From the human T2T-CHM13v2.0 reference genome, Homo sapiens: DNA of 64,000 bases. Numbering within the stretch: position 1 is the stretch's first letter; the number at the start of each line of letters is the position of its first letter. Below the pieces are notes generated by a model. The model saw nothing but the letters and a program-made list of their open reading frames with translations. It searched no databases and had not been told where the DNA came from. This document shows, piece by piece, positions 13,756 through 27,945 of the stretch. The position numbers and the translations under genes were made by a program. The DNA is taken from NCBI RefSeq assembly GCF_009914755.1, contig NC_060926.1; one strand, given 5' to 3'.

Positions 13756-14170
13756 TGTGTTATTCTACTTGCATTGCTCTAAACAAATATCCGAGGCTGG
13801 GTAATTTATTAGGAAAAGAAGTTTATTTTTGCTCATGGTTTTACAGGCTGTACAAAAAGCATGGTGCTGGCATCTATTCCTGGCAATGCCTCAGGAAGCT
13901 TACAATCATGGTGGAAGGTGAAGGGGGAGTGGGCATTACACATGGCATGAGCAGGAGCAAGTGAGGTAATGGGGAAGTCTCAGAGTCTTTTAAACAACCA
14001 GATCTCACGTGAGCACATAGAGGGAGAACTCACTCATTACTGTGAGGATGGCACCGAGTTATTCATGAGGGATCTTTCCCCATGACTCAGATACCTCTCA
14101 TGAGGCCCCACCTTCAATACTGGGGATTACATTTCAACACATTTGGAGGAGACAAACACACACTATATCA
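13756..14170 (-). mobile_element. MSTB/MSTA-like MaLR solo LTR
   Basis: GGCTGGGTAATTTATTAGGAAAAGAAGTTTATTT...GGAAGCTTACAATCATGGTGGAAGG...CACTATATCA. Confidence 0.88.
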
Positions 14171-14179
14171 AGCCGATTC

Positions 14180-14318
14180 CCTTTCTTTCTTCCTCTTTCT
14201 TTCTTCCTTTCTTTCTTTCTTTTTTCTTTCTTTCTTTCTTTCTTTGTTTTCCTTCTTTCTTTCCTTCTTTCTTTCTCTCCTTCCTTCCTTTCTTCCTTCC
14301 TTCCTTCCCTCTTTCTTT
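14180..14318. repeat. (TTTC)n/(TTCC)n polypyrimidine microsatellite
   Basis: Direct inspection. Confidence 0.92.
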
Positions 14319-15739
14319 CAAATCATCATAACTTATATTTTCAAAGAATGGTCCTAGTTTCCTGGTTTGCTCTACCTTATCTAGTCAGGTGCACAGGGAA
14401 AGTCAGGTCACCTACACAAAATGTGGTCAACCCATACAATCTTAGGGGTATTGATATTTTAATTCTGTAGTTAATTTTAGAACCATTTTTACTGATTTCC
14501 CTATATTACAGCATTTGACTCATTTGTCTTTCAAAGACTAGTAAACCTTAATTTGCTTTAGCAGCTCTGAATGGATTTTTATTGTTTCTTACCACTGGCT
14601 TTCAACTCATGTAATTTGAAAACTAAATGCAAACTGTAAAACTCAATCAATCTGGTAGTATTCTTTTAATATCAATTTTTATATAATTAGCCTCCAAACT
14701 GTGTTCAATTACTAACAATTAATCTTATGCACTTTCAGGGACAACACTAATTTCACACTTAGCAGCATTTAAAAGAAAGGTAGTGCGAATACCATAGGGA
14801 AAAAGTCCCTCCCCAAGGAGTTATGCTTTATTATCACTGACTAGAGAATAAAAGTGCTTTCCCATTGCAGTCTACTGTAGGGGCCCACATTTTCTTTAAC
14901 TGTAGACCAGGAGAATTATGTAACAAACACACAAGCAAAATCACACATACTTTAATTACAGTTTTCAGTGAGACCACTAGCCTTTTAAAAATGATCCTGA
15001 ATGTTCTATGTTCTTTTGACAATTTTCTCGAGTTAGTATTTTTATCAATGCTGTATGGTTAATTGCCCCATTAAGGCTGACTGTGAGAAACCAAACAATG
15101 GAACCATGATGGGACAAAGAATGAGAACAACAACAGCTGAAGGTAGAAAATTGTAGAAAACTTCTTATCATACAAGAAATGCTGTTAGAAATCAAGAAAT
15201 TCCCCAAACAGAACGTAGTCAGTGCTTAATACATTTTATAATACGGAATAGCTTTTTAAATACATATTACCGACTTTTTTCTTTTAATAGTGCCAATTTC
15301 CAATTGACAAATTACACTATATCTTAATACTGACATCTATATGTAACTCCCTTAATATTTGCTATCTAAAGATCATATCATGTGTGAATCATATGGAAGT
15401 AATTTTTTAAAATATCACTTTAGTTTCTTCTAATAATTCAAGGTCAACTACAATGAATAAACCAAGGTTTAAACTATTTCCTAGTGTCAAAAATATAATG
15501 AATACATGTTGGATTATGTGACTGGTATTTAGCAAAAGGTGCACACATGTCTGTTTACTTTGGTGTTTCATGATTTTGACCTTTTAGGTGCTTCTTGTTA
15601 GTAATTGGTTGAAGAGGAGTTGTAGCCAATTTTAATGTTTGTAATTCATACTTAGATATGCAAATTGATGAGCACATTATAAATTTTTAAAATTATCGGA
15701 ACAATTTATAGTGCAAAGTGGCATTGCTCCAGGGGCTGA

Positions 15740-15930
15740 GCAGCGGCCTGGGAACTCAGAGCTGTGCATTTTAATTTTGATTAACTCTCAGTGTGACCAC
15801 AGGCAAGTGCCTTAATCTCCCTGTATCTTGGATTATTCATCTATAATATGAATGTAACAATTTTCTTGCTGTAGCTAAAGTGAGGAATAACTATGAAGCA
15901 TAGAGTGGCTTAAAACTAAAGAGCACTTTA
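15740..15930 (+). mobile_element. MIR SINE fragment
   Basis: GTGTGACCACAGGCAAGTGCCTTAATCTCCCTGTATCTTGGATTATTCATCTATAATATG matches the MIR core. Confidence 0.65.
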
Positions 15931-18900
15931 TATATCACACAAAAGACCAATATGAGGCTAAAGATTTTATGGGTTTAATAAACATAAGTGTTATGTCATT
16001 CACACAAAGATAAGACAAATGGCCCAACATGAAAACTATGGAAATCACCATATCTCAATCTAGAAATTTTATTAAAATGTACTTAGCATAAGAAATAAAC
16101 ATTTGTAATGGTGTCAGACTTATGTGGACATTCATTATTAAATAAACTTTATTCCTTATGCTGTTTTCTTCAATGCTATATACATCTTTCAAAAGTATAA
16201 TAATGAGTTTTAAAATGCTTTACTAGATACAGTCTTTAAAAGAAATCTTTCTTTTTCTCTCCCTAACAATAAGTAGGTTTCCATTAGGCATTTTAACTTT
16301 ACACCAGGAAAACAAAAATTATACAAAGGCATTCAGCTTAAAGTAAGACGTTAGAAAACAACACTCAAATTCACAGTAATTCATAGCAAGGGGTAAATCT
16401 GTATTTTTAAACTCACCTAGTTGTTCCACCTGTTAAATAATATACTGTATCCTGAGAGCCACAGATACATAGGTGCAACTGGTGAGTTGATGATGGAATT
16501 TGAGTCTCTTTACTTTTCCATATATTGAAACATCAATCTTTTTAGCTTAATAAATAGTTCTGCAACGCTGAATTTCAGCAGGGAGGCCATTCTCCAGTTG
16601 TGTAGGAATACAATTTGGGTTCTAGTGTCTTCCCAAGCCTCCCTTGCATTGGGAAGCCAATATTTAGAAAGCTGTAGCAAACTAACACCTGTTAGACATA
16701 AATCACATGCAGAAATCTACAACTGGACAAGCTCAGGAAGATGTAATAGATCAAATCCATGAAGAACCTCACAACGAATTAGGAAAATCTTAAACTTAAT
16801 CCTATAACCTGACAGGCAGTCAGCAGACTGACTTATGGAGAGCTGTAATGTGGGAATTAGAATGAATGCCAGATGGCTTCTAGAAGTCAAATTTGAGAGA
16901 GAAAAAAAAAGAATAAACTGCATTTGACGATAAGCACAGGGAGGGAGGCTGACAAGGAAAATGCGGTCACAAAATAACACACAAGGATGAACTAATATTT
17001 TACACTGTATTCTCTTTCTTTTGTCTCTCCCAGCCAGCTTGACAGAAAGTAGTAATGTTTGACTAGTCACAAGCTTAATACCAGATGCCAGTTTGAACAG
17101 GTGCAAAAACAAAGAACAGAACACTTCCATTTGGAACATCAGCTCTTTATGTAGTCCCTGATATGTTTTGTGGGAATTCACCTACCAAGTTTCTTGTTGC
17201 TATTTCCCTGATTGGCAGAAGTTCTATTTGATGAATACATAGCATATTCTGTTAGTCAATGGAAACAATGAAATAGGGGGAATGACCAATTCATCTGGGA
17301 CTTAGTCTAATTCCAACAGTCCACCATCATGAGATGATATCAGTGCTGGAATTTTAAGATCACCTGGGTAGAAGAAAATGTGCCTGTTACCTGTTACAAT
17401 TACCACACAATTGTAAAGCGTTACAACATTCTTTTACTTGTGAAAGATAGTGGAAATTGGCACTGCCAATTATCAGTGTTAAATGTATGACCAATCAGTA
17501 TGAAGGCCACAAACAAACCAGCAGCTTGTTCCATAGAGTCAGTTGGTAAATTGGATGCAGGAAGACAGAGGAACACACTATCCCTCCTCTGTAGGTGGTC
17601 TCTGTTTCATTAGGTTTCCAATTGATGTTGCTGCACAGTAATCCAAAAATGTGTGATGGGAACATCACTCTCATTTTTCATTAACACCCCCTCGCAAATG
17701 TATTGGAGGCAGGTACAAAACAATGATTTTGCCAGCCTTACTTTTATCCTTTTGGAGACTATTTCTTATCCAACATCGCTGCTGGATGCTTTGTTTCTCC
17801 TTGTTTAGAATCACCGTAGTGACTCAATACTGTTTGATATGATCAGCTTCCTTTAGGATGCTGTGGAAAGAGTGAGAGAGCTGCTAATCTTTAAAAGACA
17901 AGTGATTTAGGAAAATCAGCTTATATATAATAATGGATATTGACATGACTACAAGATAGGTGAGAAAACTAAAAATAGAGATGATGCCTATTGTTTCAGG
18001 AAATCTACCAGCAATGTATAACGCATGGAATTTTTGAGAGATCTTAGAGATCATCCTGACTGAATTCCTCATTTTCATTTTATAAATGGGGGAATTGTGG
18101 CTCATACTGGCTCTAGCTTTCACAAAGCAAAGCAATTACTGGCAAAAGCTAAGTCTGGAAAGCACAATCTATGACTTGTGCTCTATTCAGTATACCATGT
18201 TCAGTCTATAATATGTGGATGCAGATAACTACAAGAACTACACATCTACAATACAATGTGTGAAGATAACTACAATTCACATCTTCTGCTTCCTTAAGCC
18301 TGTATCATAGCATTTATTAATACAGTTTCATCAAGTTATTATCTAAAATATTCTTCAATTTGTAGTTTTTGGAGAAATCATTCAGCATTATGCTATAAGT
18401 AGCAGTGTTAATTTCCTGGTAGAAAGTGTTACACTTTTTAGGTCGATTTCCTGAGACATTAGGCTCATCTGTTTTTCTTTGTATTACCTAACTTCAGTTC
18501 CTGTGTTATTATTAGCTTGAAAGCCTGCCCTGAATCCTCATCTATTGATGGAGATGGTGTCATCTTGCCTTGATTGTATCCAGAAGCTTCATCCCCAAGA
18601 TAAAGGATGGACATCTCTCCGATGACCAGCTTCTTTTGCTCGACTCTAGAGAAGGTTGCTTTCTGCATTCTGGCAACTGCCCTCTGTCTACATGATTAGA
18701 CTCGTTGGTTGCAGTGCTTTCTGGAGTAATGAAGGGATCCAGTGCACAGGGTTTAACTTACTGGGCACAATCTCTAAGCCAACTCTGCCTGAATGGGTCC
18801 CCTGTTTTTTCTCTTCTGCTCTTGTTGAACCATATCTCTGTTCCTTGTGCTCCTGGGAATTTCTTGCTCTGGTAAGTGGAGAATCACCATGCCTCAGTCA

Positions 18901-20139
18901 TAGGCAACCTGCACCCAGAATGTTGAATCATGACATTTTTTTTTGCTCAGGATTATTTATCTAGCTACTTTGATAACTAATGTAATCATTCCAGAATATG
19001 AATCTCAAGAAAAAGAATGACTGATTTCAAACTATTTAAAATTATTCAGAATACTTGATATTTTATATGTACAAATACAGAATAGTTTATAGATATATAA
19101 ACAGTTTGCTAAAATTTTCCTGTCGGTCTTATATTTATTTCTTTACCGCAAATGCTAGGAGTAAATTTATTCTATTCATTGTGATTCATCTTTGTTCTAT
19201 TTTAAGAGCATTGAGCCCTCATCACCAAAAAGAGAGTTCTTAGAGGTAATGTTAACAGATACAGAAAAAATAGGTAGCAGGTTTTGGTTGTGTTTTCTTA
19301 TTGTTGCTAAAAGTCCTGTGATTAACCATATCCTGTTTCTTACAGTAAGGGTAAATAAGAACATGCTAACCAAATAATCAAAACAAATGGTAAGTATACT
19401 AAGTGCATTACGGTGCTGCCAGACATATGTTAATTTCATTTGTAACGTTCATCTGTCTTCTTAAAGTTGCTTGCAAAGTTATCAGCAAAAATATAAAAAA
19501 CTAAATTATTAGTCAATTGAGGAACTTAAAAATAAAAAATGTAATAGCCACTCAGTTTCTTTGGAAAAGTGTTTCCTTGATTCCTATCAATACAAATATT
19601 GTTTTTATGATATGATTAATGGAATGATTTAAAGATGGCTCTTTGTAATGCCACTTTGTTTAATGACATGTATGTATATTTTTAAATGTACCTTAATGAA
19701 TTATATATATATATCAATTTTTTAAGGATAATGTTCAAATAATGTTACTTTGCTTATACTCTTTGCTTGAGTAAAAGGATTTATTGTGCACAGAGTGTGC
19801 ATGGTGTGGATTAAACCTTCTGCTCTTATTAGAGGATTTCTCTATCAGGGCTGTATCTTTTATGAAACCTTAACATCCCCAGGCTCAGAGTCACTTGGGA
19901 GGCAGTCAGGTCTAAAATAGGTGTTTTTGAAAATGTAATTCCATATTGACTATGATATTAAAACTAACGAAAACTCAACTGAGAAAATGAATTTGGAGTT
20001 TAAATATTCAAATAGTGGAATTTGGGGCACAGCTATGTTGCCACAAAAACACAAAACATAGGATTTGCCATAAATGATTTATGTCCTTTGTGGCAATAAC
20101 AAAATAAGAAAGAAAATATATTTACATAATGAAAAGTTA

Positions 20140-20500
20140 GAGAATCAGTTAGCACCTGTAAAGCTGCAAGTAACAGAAAACTCAACTCAGGAATGTCCAA
20201 CTGAGAAAGAGGATTGATTCTTCAAGCAAGGAAAATAAAGGGGTAGGGCAAACTTCAGGGCCACTTGATCCAGAGACTTCAGCTTGCCTCGAGTGCTTTT
20301 CTACCTCTCTAGTTAGTTCTTGTGGGTTCCAGGAAGGGCTCTACCCCATGACTGCTTCCCACTGTGGTGAGATGATGCTTCCAGCTTCAGTGGGATTCCA
20401 TGCTTCTTCAATTCATGGGAGAAAAAGTTTTCAAGCAAATCTACAGGTCTCTCCTAGAACTGGGATTAGGGTCAACTTTCCCTAAAATTATGGATTATAT
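20140..20500 (-). mobile_element. Old MLT1-type MaLR LTR fragment
   Basis: GCTGCAAGTAACAGAAAACTCAACTCA motif typical of reversed MLT1J/K. Confidence 0.5.
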
Positions 20501-20578
20501 AACGAAGGGGTATGTAAGGATTATGTAGGGAAGGATTATGCAGATATATAACACCTCCCCACCCACAAACACAATTTC

Positions 20579-20823
20579 ATGTTTATTTTTCTTTTAGATT
20601 CAGAGGGTACATGTGCAAGTTTGTTCAATGGATATAGAGTGTAATTGTGAGATTTGGGCTTCTAGTGTACCCATCACCCACATAGTCAATATTGAGGGTA
20701 ACTTTTAACTCTCATCCTCCCCTCACCATCCCCCATCTTGGAGTCCCCAGTGTTTGTTATTTCCATCATTATGTCCATGTGTACCCGTTGTTTATCTCCC
20801 AGTTATAAGTGAAAATGTGTGGT
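20579..20823 (-). mobile_element. L1PA/PB-type 3' end fragment
   Basis: GAGGGTACATGTGCAAGTTTGTT...TGTACCCATCACCCA...TTATAAGTGAAAATGTGTGGTA. Confidence 0.8.
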
Positions 20824-23800
20824 AACAAACTCTTATTTCTGAATGAATGGGGGAATCTGATAGGTAATCAGTATTAGTGCATTATAGAATTAGACAGAAT
20901 TTTCAAGTTAGATTTCACATGTACCAATGAGATGTATTAGCCCAGTGCCCATCATTTTAGTTAGGAAAATTATCAGGGAACCTAAAACCTTAAATCTTAG
21001 TATATGAAAGGAATTCTATTACAGTAATAATAATAAGAGATGTGTAAACTGAACCTTATAAAACAAGAAATGTTGGGAAAATATAGAGTCATACATTTAT
21101 TAACAATAATATTAAGGAAAGGTATATTAAATACTTTCTATTTCTTACTGGCATCACTTTAAATTTTCACATCCAATAACTCATGTCAGTGTTTTTTTTT
21201 TTTTCTTTCTTTCTTTCTTTTTAGGTCATGAAAAAAATGGAAACTCTCTCAAGGAATAACAATCAGAGCTGTCTGGTTGACAAGGGACATTATGGTTGCA
21301 AGAAGACCCTGAAGCAAGGATTCTACATCAAAGATTCAGGGGCAATCTGAGTTTGCATTTAAGATCCTTCTGCCTATAGCAGTAGCTTATATGTTATGTT
21401 CAATTGACGTATAAGCACTGTGAAGAAATATTCTATTACAACCTCTTATGACATTAGCATTGTATATTTCAGAATGTAATTGTAGACAGAAAGTTGGTAT
21501 ATTTAATTCAAATTATGATTATTCTTTAAAAACAAAACTTGAAAATTCAGTTTATCTACATAATTGGCTTAAGTATTTGTTGCATGCCTATTCCATACCA
21601 AGCAATGAGCAAGGTGTTATAAAATAAAACATACAAAAACTATGTCCCTTTTTGCAGGCTGATTTTTACCATTTTAAGTAAGAAATATAATCTAATGCCC
21701 TGAAGAGTTATTCAGTTTGTATTGGGAATATCATTACTTTGAATAGAAGATTTTACAAAAATAGATTAAAACTGTGAGAAATTCTCAAAAAATTAAATGA
21801 CCATAATATTCTCATCTCAGAATAAGAGAAGTGATTTGGCTTAAGCTGTGGAAAATAAGTCCTTTAGAATCCACATTTCCAAGGAGTTGCAGTTGGCTTT
21901 GCATGTGGTGGCTACTCCTTTATAAAGCATACTTCTGTGTTCAAAGTCTGTAGCTAGGGGAAAGCAAATTTATCCTTCAGCTAAACAAAAGTTCAATGAT
22001 AAGAAAGAAAGTACAGGAAATTGTGAGTATTTTTTTTTCTCTTCATGCTTAGGGAATGCATGTGCATTTCTGCAGCAAAGGAGAAAATTAAAGGAAAACA
22101 TTCTCCTCAAGAATCTTTCTTTGAATTTCATATGTAGACTCAGAAAACAGTATTGTTAGTGCTATTTATTCTGAGTAATACTTTTCAGTCAGATGTAAGC
22201 TGTTTTTCAATGTTTTGTTTTGGGGAAGGGTTTACTAATTTAACTAAAACTTTAAAAAGCAAATATAATAATTACAGTGAAATATGTGCTTCTGAACTAA
22301 ATTCTCTGTTTGGTCAAATATCATTTGGATGGAATTTTTTCCCAGTCTCCATTTTCAAAATCAGTATAATTTGTGAAAACCTCTTTTGCTTATCAATATA
22401 ACTAGACAACTAAAGTTCTAATCTGTCTAACACCTTAGCATTTTAATTTGTATTCATCTCTCTGTTGCTGATATATTGATATTCTTGTTTAATTAGTGGT
22501 ATGAATGATAGAATCTGAGGTCTCAAATTATTTGCCAAAGTCACTGGGTTAACTCCTTAAAGCTGATCAGATGGGCTCTCTTTCTAACATCCTATTACAG
22601 GAGGTTTTTGTAAACTAGTGGTATAAACGATTATTTTTAGTTAAGAGAAGCCCCAGGAAAGATTAAAAAAATGGAATAAAGACATTCCAGTTCTTGATCT
22701 TATCTTTTTCTCATCTCAACCTTTAGAGAGTCTTGCTGGAAGAACACAAGGAAAGGCAGGAAGGCTTCTTACAGATCTTTGAGACCTCCTTCCACTCAAA
22801 TCCCAGGGGAGCTAGAACGCTATACCTCTGTGGTTCAAAAAGTCTTTGGACCAGAAAAGGGGCCTTTATCTGCCAACATTTCAAACATATTCAATCAAAT
22901 ATTGATCTAGAAAATCAGTTACTTTTTCCTCTAGCAAAGAGATTAAATTAGTACTACCTACTGAAGGCCTACACATGGTCCTCGGGAAGATAATGATGGT
23001 ACCCTAGGCTATTCCTAGGATCAAAAGTTTATATGGACACCAAACTGATTTAACGTTTTCTGTAATGCATGGAGACAAAAGGGTGAAAGATCTGCTTGCC
23101 AATAGTAATGTGCTGGAGATTATCTCATGTGGCGAGTCCTTGCATCAAGAAGCCAGGTTATGGTTTTCAAATCCATCTCATCTCTGAAAATAAAAGAAAT
23201 GGAACGTGGCCTGTTTCACCTCACTGAAAGGTTTTCATCACCAGAAATATCTGATGCCTCTTATTCAAGTTGACAGTAGCACATGTTCCTCTGACTCATA
23301 AACAGTCCTTCTCTCTATTGTGTCCTGTTTCCAAGAAGTACTTAATGTTATGTTATTAAAGAACAGGAGGTTTGTCTGCCTATTCGTCCTCAAATAGGAG
23401 GCTATCAAAAATGACAAAAAGCTTTCCAAATTTTAAAATCAGTTGGAATTTCATGCTTAATTTATGAAATAATGTGTTCAAGTTGGTGTATGATATAAAA
23501 GGTAAACTTTAGCCTCCACATACTACACAATAGGGACAGCTCAATTTTAATTAGAAATTTTAGGTTGCAGAGAAGCTCATCTCTTCCAAAGTACCTATGA
23601 TTTATTTATCAGTCACCTTTGTACTCTAAAAAAAATGAGTTTTTTGAGTTGTCTTTGCGTTTACCTTTACCTAATCAAGGAAACAGAAAAGATTACATAT
23701 CTTACAAATTATACACACTCAAATCAAAATTTCATGAGTTAGTAAAAGTAAGAAAATAAAACATTACCCTTTTTCCTTGGAACCTTACATATGGCAACAA

Positions 23801-24559
23801 TGGCATCAGCATAACGAACCTATTAATTAGAAGCTAATGTTGTAGAGACTAGGCATTTGAAGAGTCATACTTAGTAAAAAATAATAATCTTTCAGGTTAT
23901 GGGACTTTAGTTGTTTGACACAAAGTTTAGATTCTTAGGTAAGATGGGGCATATTTTGGAAATGTGGCTTTGGGTTTTTATGGCACTGGCCATAATACGT
24001 TTATTATTAAGAAGATTATTTCAAACATTGTCACCATGTGGTCACTCAATTGTTTTGGCTGAATTGACTGCTAATGCAAGCAAATCAGTTCTCTGAATTC
24101 ACTGTTGTTTTCAGCAGCATGGCAATGCAGTAAAAGAATTATGGGAATTCTTGAGCAATTACTCTATGCTAGCCACTTTGCTAAGTGATGAGAATATAGT
24201 GATGACTAAAGATACACATGGGCCCTCCTCTTAAATAACCAAATAATAAACACAATATTACTTCTGTAATAAGTGCTGTGAAAAGGAGGTACAGACATCT
24301 GCTGAACACCTGGTTTGTGTAGGGCATTTTGTTTATTTCACAAATTAATATAGAATCTTGTATGAAGGTTGAAAAGATTAATTGCAAGTTTAAGAACTAA
24401 AGAGCTCTGATTTCACAGGATCCTTGCATGGAAAAAAATGTCAGAAGAGTTTAGTTTATGGCAAGCTTAGTAGAAGACTATGGTGTGATATGGCTTTCAA
24501 AATAACTCATGTAGCTTTAGTCCCATTAACAAAGCCCAGGGTATAGACTAAGGAAGGAA

Positions 24560-25075
24560 AAGGCATTTGTGTAATTGACACCAGTCACATGTTGTGGGTT
24601 CCATTTCCAGGAAGTACAAATTAAAGTGGATATTAAAAATCTGGTGATGTCCACAGGAGCTGAATCCACATGATAAAAGGTCCAGAAATCATGTCTATAA
24701 GAAACATTTGAATAAAATGGAAAGCTTGGCACAGAGAAAACAAGGAGTGTTATGATAGTGTCTTTAAATAATTCATATGTTGTCATGGAAGATAAATTAG
24801 ATAATGTATAGCCATACGTGACAGATCTTAGACCAACCAAAGGGAGGAAGTTACAAGTTTAGATTTAACATTGATGATGAACGTTTCAACAATAAAAGCT
24901 AGTTGAAAATGCAATTAATCACTTTGTAAGGCAGATTCCTTGGCATTAGAAATATTCAAATAGTGGCTTGAATAAAGTGTTTTTAAGAAATGCTATGGAA
25001 AGTTTTCTTACATTTATTGATAGATTAGACCAAATATTTTCTAAGGTTTCTTTCAACTCTAAATTTTTATGATTT
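24560..25075 (+). mobile_element. L3/CR1 LINE 3' fragment
   Basis: CR1 3' signature TCTAAGGTTTCTTTCAACTCTAAATTTTTATGATTT, preceded by degenerate ORF2 C-terminal sequence. Confidence 0.6.
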
Positions 25076-25794
25076 CATGTTATAGTTATTAGAAAAGCTC
25101 ATCTTCTAGAATGCACAAATGTAAAATTTTCATTCCTTCTGCAGAAATTTAGTGAAGGTCTGTAATTGTGGTAAAATATGGATAAATAACACATAATCTC
25201 TGACCTCAAGGTACTTATCATCTTGTGGAGATAACAAGTGCTTGAAAATAAGGAAATGATTCAGGATGGAATAAGTGCTGTGATGCAGTTAGATGGAAAG
25301 ATCTGAGAAGACATGATAGTATTCAATTCTGAAGGAGGTGGTAATGAAGGAGAAGCAGACAAGATTAACAGAGAAGCCAGGAGTTAATTCTTCCTGCTTT
25401 TGTTTCTTTTTAGAGGATGAATAAAAAATAAGAAAGGTCAATAACCCAAAGCAAAGAGCACATTACATTACGTCTCCCAGGTTACTTCCATTCACTATGA
25501 GAAATATTTATGCAATATTAGAAAAGTAGGGTTCTGTATCTGTCCGGAATTAAGTCCTATACTCAAAACAGAGGATAGAGTTATGGAGCATAGGCTCTGC
25601 TACAGAGCCCTATACATAAGCTATAGACTTATATACACATTTTGGGCATAAAATCCTTTATAAATATATAAATAAAATTGAATATATCCTAACACCACTA
25701 TGTGGGTTTTCACCAAAAGTATTTTATTTATTTTTAATGAAGATCTCTACCTGAAGATGCATAATTTCCTTTCTCTATAATGGATTTAAAAAAC

Positions 25795-27628
25795 CCAGCT
25801 TTTAAAAATTTAATTCACCATACAATTCACCCACTTAATGTACAAGGTTAATTGTTTTTAGTATACACACAGATACCACAGCTAACTTTAGAACATTCTT
25901 ATCACCTCAAACTGCATCCCTCTAGATATGACCCCAAATCCCTCTTAGCTTCCTCATCCCCAAGAAACCATTAATGTTTTCAAGGTCCATCTGTGTTGTA
26001 GCATGTGTCAATGCATCATTACTTTTTATGGCCAAATAATATTTCATTGTATAGACATACTACATTTGTTTATTCATGAATTGGTGGGAACCTTTTGACC
26101 ATTATAAATAATGCTGCTATAAACACTTGTATACAAGCTTTAGTATGGATATATGTTTTATTTATCTTGGGTATTTAACTAGGAGTGGAATTCCTGTATT
26201 TTATGGTAACTCAATGTTTAACTGAGAAACTGCTAGACTGTTTTCCAAAGTGGATCTACAATTTAACATCCCACCAGCAATTTTTCTATATCTTAGCCAA
26301 CACTTGTTATTATCTGACTTTTTGATTCTAGTCATCCTACTAAGGGTGATGTGGTATCTCATTGTGGTTTCAATTTGCACTTCCCCAGTGACTAATAATG
26401 ACATCTTTTTATGCGCTTATTGGCTATTTGTATAACTCCTTCAGAGAAATCAAAATTCAGATTGCTTGTCCATTTTTAATTTGGTTGTTTATCTTTTTAT
26501 TACTGAGTTGTAAGAGTTCTTTGTATATTCTAGTTACAAGCTTCTTATCAGATATATGATTTGTAAATATGTTCCTCCATTCTATGGGTGGTCTTTTCAC
26601 CTTTTTGTAGTGTCCTTTGAAGAACTAAAGTTTTTAATTTTGATGAAGTCCAAAATTATTTGCTTGCACAATAATAGCAAAAATAGATTGGACTTCATCA
26701 AAATTTTTGTTATATCGAAGAATCCACTGCCAAATCTGAAGTCATTAAGATTTACATCTATGTTTTCTTTTAATAGTTTTGTAGTTTTAGCTCTTACATT
26801 TAGGTCTTTGACCCATTTGTATTGATGTTTGTATACAGTGTGAGGTAAGGTTCCACCCTTATTCTTTTGCATGTGGTCATTTGCCCCAGCAACATTTGTC
26901 AAAAAGGCAATTTTTCCCTATTAAATGGTCCTGGGACCCTTGCTAAAAATCAGTTGACCGTTGGCACATAGATTTATTTCTGGACTCTCAATTCCATTCC
27001 ATTGATCTATATGTTTATCATTGTGCCAGTACCACACTCTCTAGATAACTGTGGCTTTGTAATGAGTTTTATGTCCTCTAACTTGGTTCTTCTTTTTCAA
27101 GATTGTTTTCGCTAATTTGGGTCTCTTGCAGTTCCATGGACATTTTAGAATCAGCTTGCTAAGTTGTACAAGGAAATCCACTGAGATTTTGATAGGAATT
27201 GTGCTGAATCTGTAGATTTGTATTGGGAGTATTACTATCTTAGTAGTATTAAACCTTCCTTCCAATTTATATATATGGGGTCTGTTTCCATTTGCTTAGA
27301 TCTTCTTTAGTTTGTTCCAACAATCTTCTATAGTTTTTGGAGTATGTGGTTTGCACATTTTTTGTTAAATGTATTTGCAAGTATTTCATGCTTTTTGGTA
27401 CTATCTTAAATGGAATTGTTTTTTTAAATTCCATTTTCATATAGTTCATTACAAGTTTTTAGAAATACAACTGATTTTTGTATATTGATCTTATATCTGG
27501 CAACCTATGGAACTCATTTATTAGTTCTAATAATTTTTAGTAGGTTTCTTAAGATTTTCTATACACAATACCATGTCATCTGCAAATAAAAATAGTTTTA
27601 TTTCTTCCTTTCCAATCTGAATGCCCCT
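25795..27628 (-). mobile_element. Old L1M (L1MB-like) 3' portion
   Basis: Minus-strand ORFs resemble L1 ORF2 C-terminal parts (ETTMRYH..RMTRIKKSDNNKCW; LILKCPWNCKRPKLAKTILKKKN; KEDLSKWK). Confidence 0.88.
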
Positions 27629-27754
27629 ACTGTGGCTTATTAAAAAATAATCTATAATTGAGAGAAAAAAGAGAAGGAGGGGGTAAAAAGGCAGATACTA
27701 TGTTGAAACACACATATGTAGGTTTTTGTGAATTTACACTGGAACAATAATATT

Positions 27755-27945
27755 CCAGTTAATAACAGGTAACAGTTTTATAGCACTTACTTTGTACCAA
27801 GCATTTTACACTTATTAAATTATTTAATAACATAACAATTCTGAGGTTGTTGTTTTCATTTGATAGATGAAGGTGCTGAGGCATAGAAATGTAAGTGGTT
27901 CCATAGCCCATAAGTGGCAGAGCTGGAGTGAAGGAGTTACTAATA
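27755..27945 (-). mobile_element. MIR SINE
   Basis: TTTTATAGCACTTACTTTGTACCAAGC...GATAGATGAAGGTGCTGAGGCATAGA. Confidence 0.7.

Noticed and set aside
14082-14357. F/L/S-rich ORFs resembling membrane peptides (also 5329-5547)
   Set aside because: They are translations of TTTC/TTCC microsatellites.
15658-15665. Octamer ATGCAAAT (also at 32931-32938)
   Set aside because: Isolated 8-mers are expected in 64 kb of AT-rich DNA, and there is no adjacent correctly spaced SOX site.
16717-17181. 154-aa minus-strand ORF
   Set aside because: Non-ATG start, no recognisable domain, composition typical of random AT-rich DNA, and partial overlap with an L2-like fragment.
17455-17471. Palindrome AATTGGCACTGCCAATT as an NFI site
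   Set aside because: The half-site spacing is 3 nt rather than the 5 nt NFI needs, and an 8-bp inverted repeat is expected by chance.
18465-18964. ORFs of 67 aa (-) and 102 aa (+) in unique sequence as coding exons
   Set aside because: No similarity to any protein I recognise and no consistent coding splice phase.
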